Positions 34,490-36,668 of a stretch of 36,668 bases of DNA are shown here, piece after piece (position 1 is the first letter of the stretch; each line of letters starts with the position of its first letter). Source of the DNA: Acidimicrobiia bacterium. Its GTDB lineage: Bacteria; Actinomycetota; Acidimicrobiia; Spongiisociales; ZC4RG35. The notes beneath the pieces were generated by a model, which searched no databases, had not been told where the DNA came from, and was given only the letters and a program-made list of their open reading frames with translations. The translations under genes were made by a program, and so were the position numbers. The stretch is taken from positions 1-36,668 of the forward strand of contig JARDZU010000003.1 of assembly GCA_029240695.1 (NCBI GenBank). The letters are read 5' to 3'.

Positions 34490-35311
34490 ATGGGCTCGTT
34501 GCAATGGCTCGACCGCCCGGTCCTCCAGGATCCGGTTGCCCTGGTCGCCTTCGAAGGCTGGGGTGACGCCGGCGAGTCTGCGAGTCAGGCAGTTTCCGAG
34601 TTTCTCGACAAGCTCGATGCCGAGCTGTTCGCCATCATCGACCCTGACGATCATTTCGACTTTCAGGTGCGGAGACCAATAGTCGAGCTCGATGCCACGG
34701 GGATCCGTTCGATCTCCTGGCCGCGCAACGAGTTGTACGTAGCCAGGGGTATGGAGCGGGAGATGGTGATCCTCCTCGGCGAGGAGCCGCACTACCGGTG
34801 GAAGTCGTTCACCAACGACGTGGTCGAAGTGATGAAGGTGATGGGGGTGCGCCGGGCCGTGACCATGGGCGCCTTCATCGGTCAGGTGGCACACACCCTT
34901 CCCGTCCCGTTGGTGGGGTCGGCGAACCGGCCCGACGACCTGGCGATTCACGGGTTGCTCCCGTCGGGATACGAAGGGCCAACCGGGATCCTCGGGGTGC
35001 TCAACCACTCCCTGGGCAATGTCGGAATCGATGTGATCTCGGTGTGGGCGGCCGTCCCGCACTACCTCTCCAATCAGGAATATCCCCCGGCCACTGAGGC
35101 CCTGGCGATCAAGGCCTCGGAGTTGTGCGGGGTGACGCTCGACATCGGTGACCTCGCCTCGGCCTCACGTCAGTTCCTCTCCACCGTGGACGCTGCCATC
35201 GAGGGAAACACCGAGCTCGAGGAATACGTCGAACGGCTGGAACAGGAGGCCGATGACGACCGCGGCGACCGTCTCGTCGAAGAGATCGAGAAGTATCTGA
35301 AGGGCCAGTAG
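34490..35311 (+). CDS. PAC2 family protein (proteasome-assembly-chaperone-like, actinobacterial)
   Basis: VAFEGWGDAGE.AS, D..FDFQVRRP, G.EPHYRW, V.HTLP, YEGPTGI.GVL, WAAVPHY, L.EYVE.LE, EEIEKYL. Confidence 0.88.
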   Translation: MGSLQWLDRPVLQDPVALVAFEGWGDAGESASQAVSEFLDKLDAELFAIIDPDDHFDFQVRRPIVELDATGIRSISWPRNELYVARGMEREMVILLGEEPHYRWKSFTNDVVEVMKVMGVRRAVTMGAFIGQVAHTLPVPLVGSANRPDDLAIHGLLPSGYEGPTGILGVLNHSLGNVGIDVISVWAAVPHYLSNQEYPPATEALAIKASELCGVTLDIGDLASASRQFLSTVDAAIEGNTELEEYVERLEQEADDDRGDRLVEEIEKYLKGQ

Positions 35312-35312
35312 G

Positions 35313-35340
35313 GAAAGGACCGGCACGCACCGGCCCTTTC
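35313..35340. terminator. Hairpin between convergent PAC2 and bS22 genes
   Basis: GAAAGG-A-CCGG-cacgca-CCGG-C-CCTTTC. Confidence 0.55.
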
Positions 35341-35346
35341 ACGAAG

Positions 35347-35436
35347 TCACTTCCGCTTGTGGCGATTCGCCTTCAGACGCTTGCGGTATTTGTGCTTCGA
35401 CATCTTCTTGCGACGCTTCTTGACCAACGATCCCAT
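35347..35436 (-). CDS. Actinobacterial 30S ribosomal protein bS22 / AURKAIP1-COX24 domain peptide (29 aa, absent from ORF track)
   Basis: Manual translation: MGSLVKKRRKKMSKHKYRKRLKANRHKRK*, matching the MGSV.KKRRKRM.K.K family. Confidence 0.9.
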   Translation of the reverse strand: MGSLVKKRRKKMSKHKYRKRLKANRHKRK

Positions 35437-35519
35437 GCAAAACCTCTGTTCCGGGTGGGGAGACGACACATGGTCGCACCGATCGGTTCCCTATTCAAAC
35501 CGGGCCGGCATGTCTCACC

Positions 35520-36281
35520 TCAGTCCACCGGCTGCAGCGAGCCGGCCAGCGCCAGCGTTGGACCCAGGCCCACCGTCGTCTCGAGGCGATGGGTGACACC
35601 GTCTCTCTCCCACATCAGCACGTTGCCGGCCAGCCTCGTCTCTTCCTCGACCCGCTTGCCGGTGGCGTCCTCGTATGAGATCAGATGGGGCGCCCCTTCG
35701 ATCCAGAGCCCGATTGCGGCGTCGACCTCCACGGCCCGGACCGATGTATCCGGCATGACGCTCTTCACGAAGTCCGCTTCCTCGGCCAACTCCAGTGCGA
35801 ATTGGCTGTAGACCACTCCGATCCCGGTGTCGCCTGATGCAGGAAGTGCCTCATCGCTCTCCCACACCATCGTGACCCTGCCGGACGATGGCCGGTCAGA
35901 TAGGAAGACGCCGTCCGGTGGTCCCAGATTCCCTGGCACCGACAATTCGAAGTCCACCCCCTCCGCCGCCTCCTCGAAGGTGACGGCCTCGCCGAGGTCG
36001 AGCTCACCACCCACGACTTCAGGGGGATCGGGGTCGAAGCGAATCTCGATTCCGGCGACACCGAGCAGATCGGCCACGGCTTCCCGGGCCGTCGGCGAGA
36101 AGAGAAGCAATGAGGCGACGAGGATGAGAATGAGGGCCGTAACCGGAATCCAGCGATGTCCGGTGTGGCTCCGGGGACTCCCTTCCAGACGCCTACGGAG
36201 TTCCATCGCCTGATCCGACGGCTCCGGCCAGTCGATGTGGTGGGCCAGCTCCACGAGGGCCTGCTCGATAGGCCTACTCAT
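35520..36281 (-). CDS. Putative anti-sigma factor (single TM, extracytoplasmic C-terminal domain)
   Basis: Overlaps the 3' end of the ECF sigma gene. Short cytoplasmic N-terminus, TM WIPVTALILILVASLLLF, then SP.AREAVADLLG. Confidence 0.65.
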   Translation of the reverse strand: MSRPIEQALVELAHHIDWPEPSDQAMELRRRLEGSPRSHTGHRWIPVTALILILVASLLLFSPTAREAVADLLGVAGIEIRFDPDPPEVVGGELDLGEAVTFEEAAEGVDFELSVPGNLGPPDGVFLSDRPSSGRVTMVWESDEALPASGDTGIGVVYSQFALELAEEADFVKSVMPDTSVRAVEVDAAIGLWIEGAPHLISYEDATGKRVEEETRLAGNVLMWERDGVTHRLETTVGLGPTLALAGSLQPVD

Positions 36282-36668
36282 CGCGGCCTCCTCTGCTGAG
36301 ACTCGACAGGGAACGTTCGAGACGTCCGAGGGCGCGCGCCGTTCGTGACTTGACCGTTCCCACGGGGATTCGCAGCGTTGCGGCGGTCTCGGCTTCGGAT
36401 AGGCCGAGCAGATACCGGTGGGTCACCACCTCCCGGTATCGATCGGGTAGCCCGTTGACCGCGTCCAGGATCGTCCGCCTCTCGACCCCGGTAATGACCG
36501 TCGTCTCGGGAGATGGGGCCGCACCTCCCGAGACGGGGTCGTTGGCCAGGCGCAGGCTGAGCCGTTCCCGACGTCCGCGGCGGCGTCGCTGATTGAGAGC
36601 TTCGTTGCGGACGATGCGAAGCAGCCAGGGTCGGAACGACGAGTCGACCCGGAATCGCGACATCGCGT
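36274..36668 (-). CDS. ECF sigma-70 factor, C-terminal part (5' end outside window)
   Basis: F....SFRPWLLRIVRNEA (region 2), LP.RYREVV..RY..GLSEAETA..L.IPVGTVKSR..RAL (region 4). Confidence 0.9.
   Translation of the reverse strand, partial: AMSRFRVDSSFRPWLLRIVRNEALNQRRRRGRRERLSLRLANDPVSGGAAPSPETTVITGVERRTILDAVNGLPDRYREVVTHRYLLGLSEAETAATLRIPVGTVKSRTARALGRLERSLSSLSRGGRDE

Overview
GC-rich, gene-dense bacterial chromosome segment. It is most consistent with an actinomycete, probably Acidimicrobiia-like (bS22-type small ribosomal protein, PAC2 protein, group-III PFK, many apparently leaderless genes); this taxonomy is an inference. I see no rRNA, tRNA, CRISPR array, prophage or transposase. Left part: partial ABC-2 permease, pfkA-mobA, an ECF42-type sigma factor, a gamma-carbonic-anhydrase-like protein and purF-purM-thioesterase. 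Next is an ~11 kb aerobic purine-catabolism cluster: adenine/adenosine deaminase, three-subunit xanthine dehydrogenase, 8-oxoguanine deaminase, uricase, HIU hydrolase, an allantoicase-OHCU decarboxylase fusion and allantoinase. An uncharacterised CitE/malate-synthase-like enzyme sits in its middle. The rest is mixed housekeeping: HdeD-like protein, class III aminotransferase, M15 peptidase, CYTH-like protein, TrpB2, MBL lipoprotein, DUF456, acs, lnt, suhB, YtcJ-like amidohydrolase, class V aminotransferase, M3 peptidase, a small Cys/His protein, CopZ, PAC2, bS22 and an ECF sigma/anti-sigma pair. Best leads: (1) the purine-cluster enzyme carries malate-synthase catalytic motifs and may be an undescribed glyoxylate-assimilating step; (2) a 50-bp palindromic element family with covarying stems, one copy of which appears to supply the promoter and start codon of a gene; (3) an Lnt with Ser in place of the catalytic Cys plus an extra CxxxxC insert; (4) a stand-alone putative zinc finger behind an ECF promoter and a structured leader.
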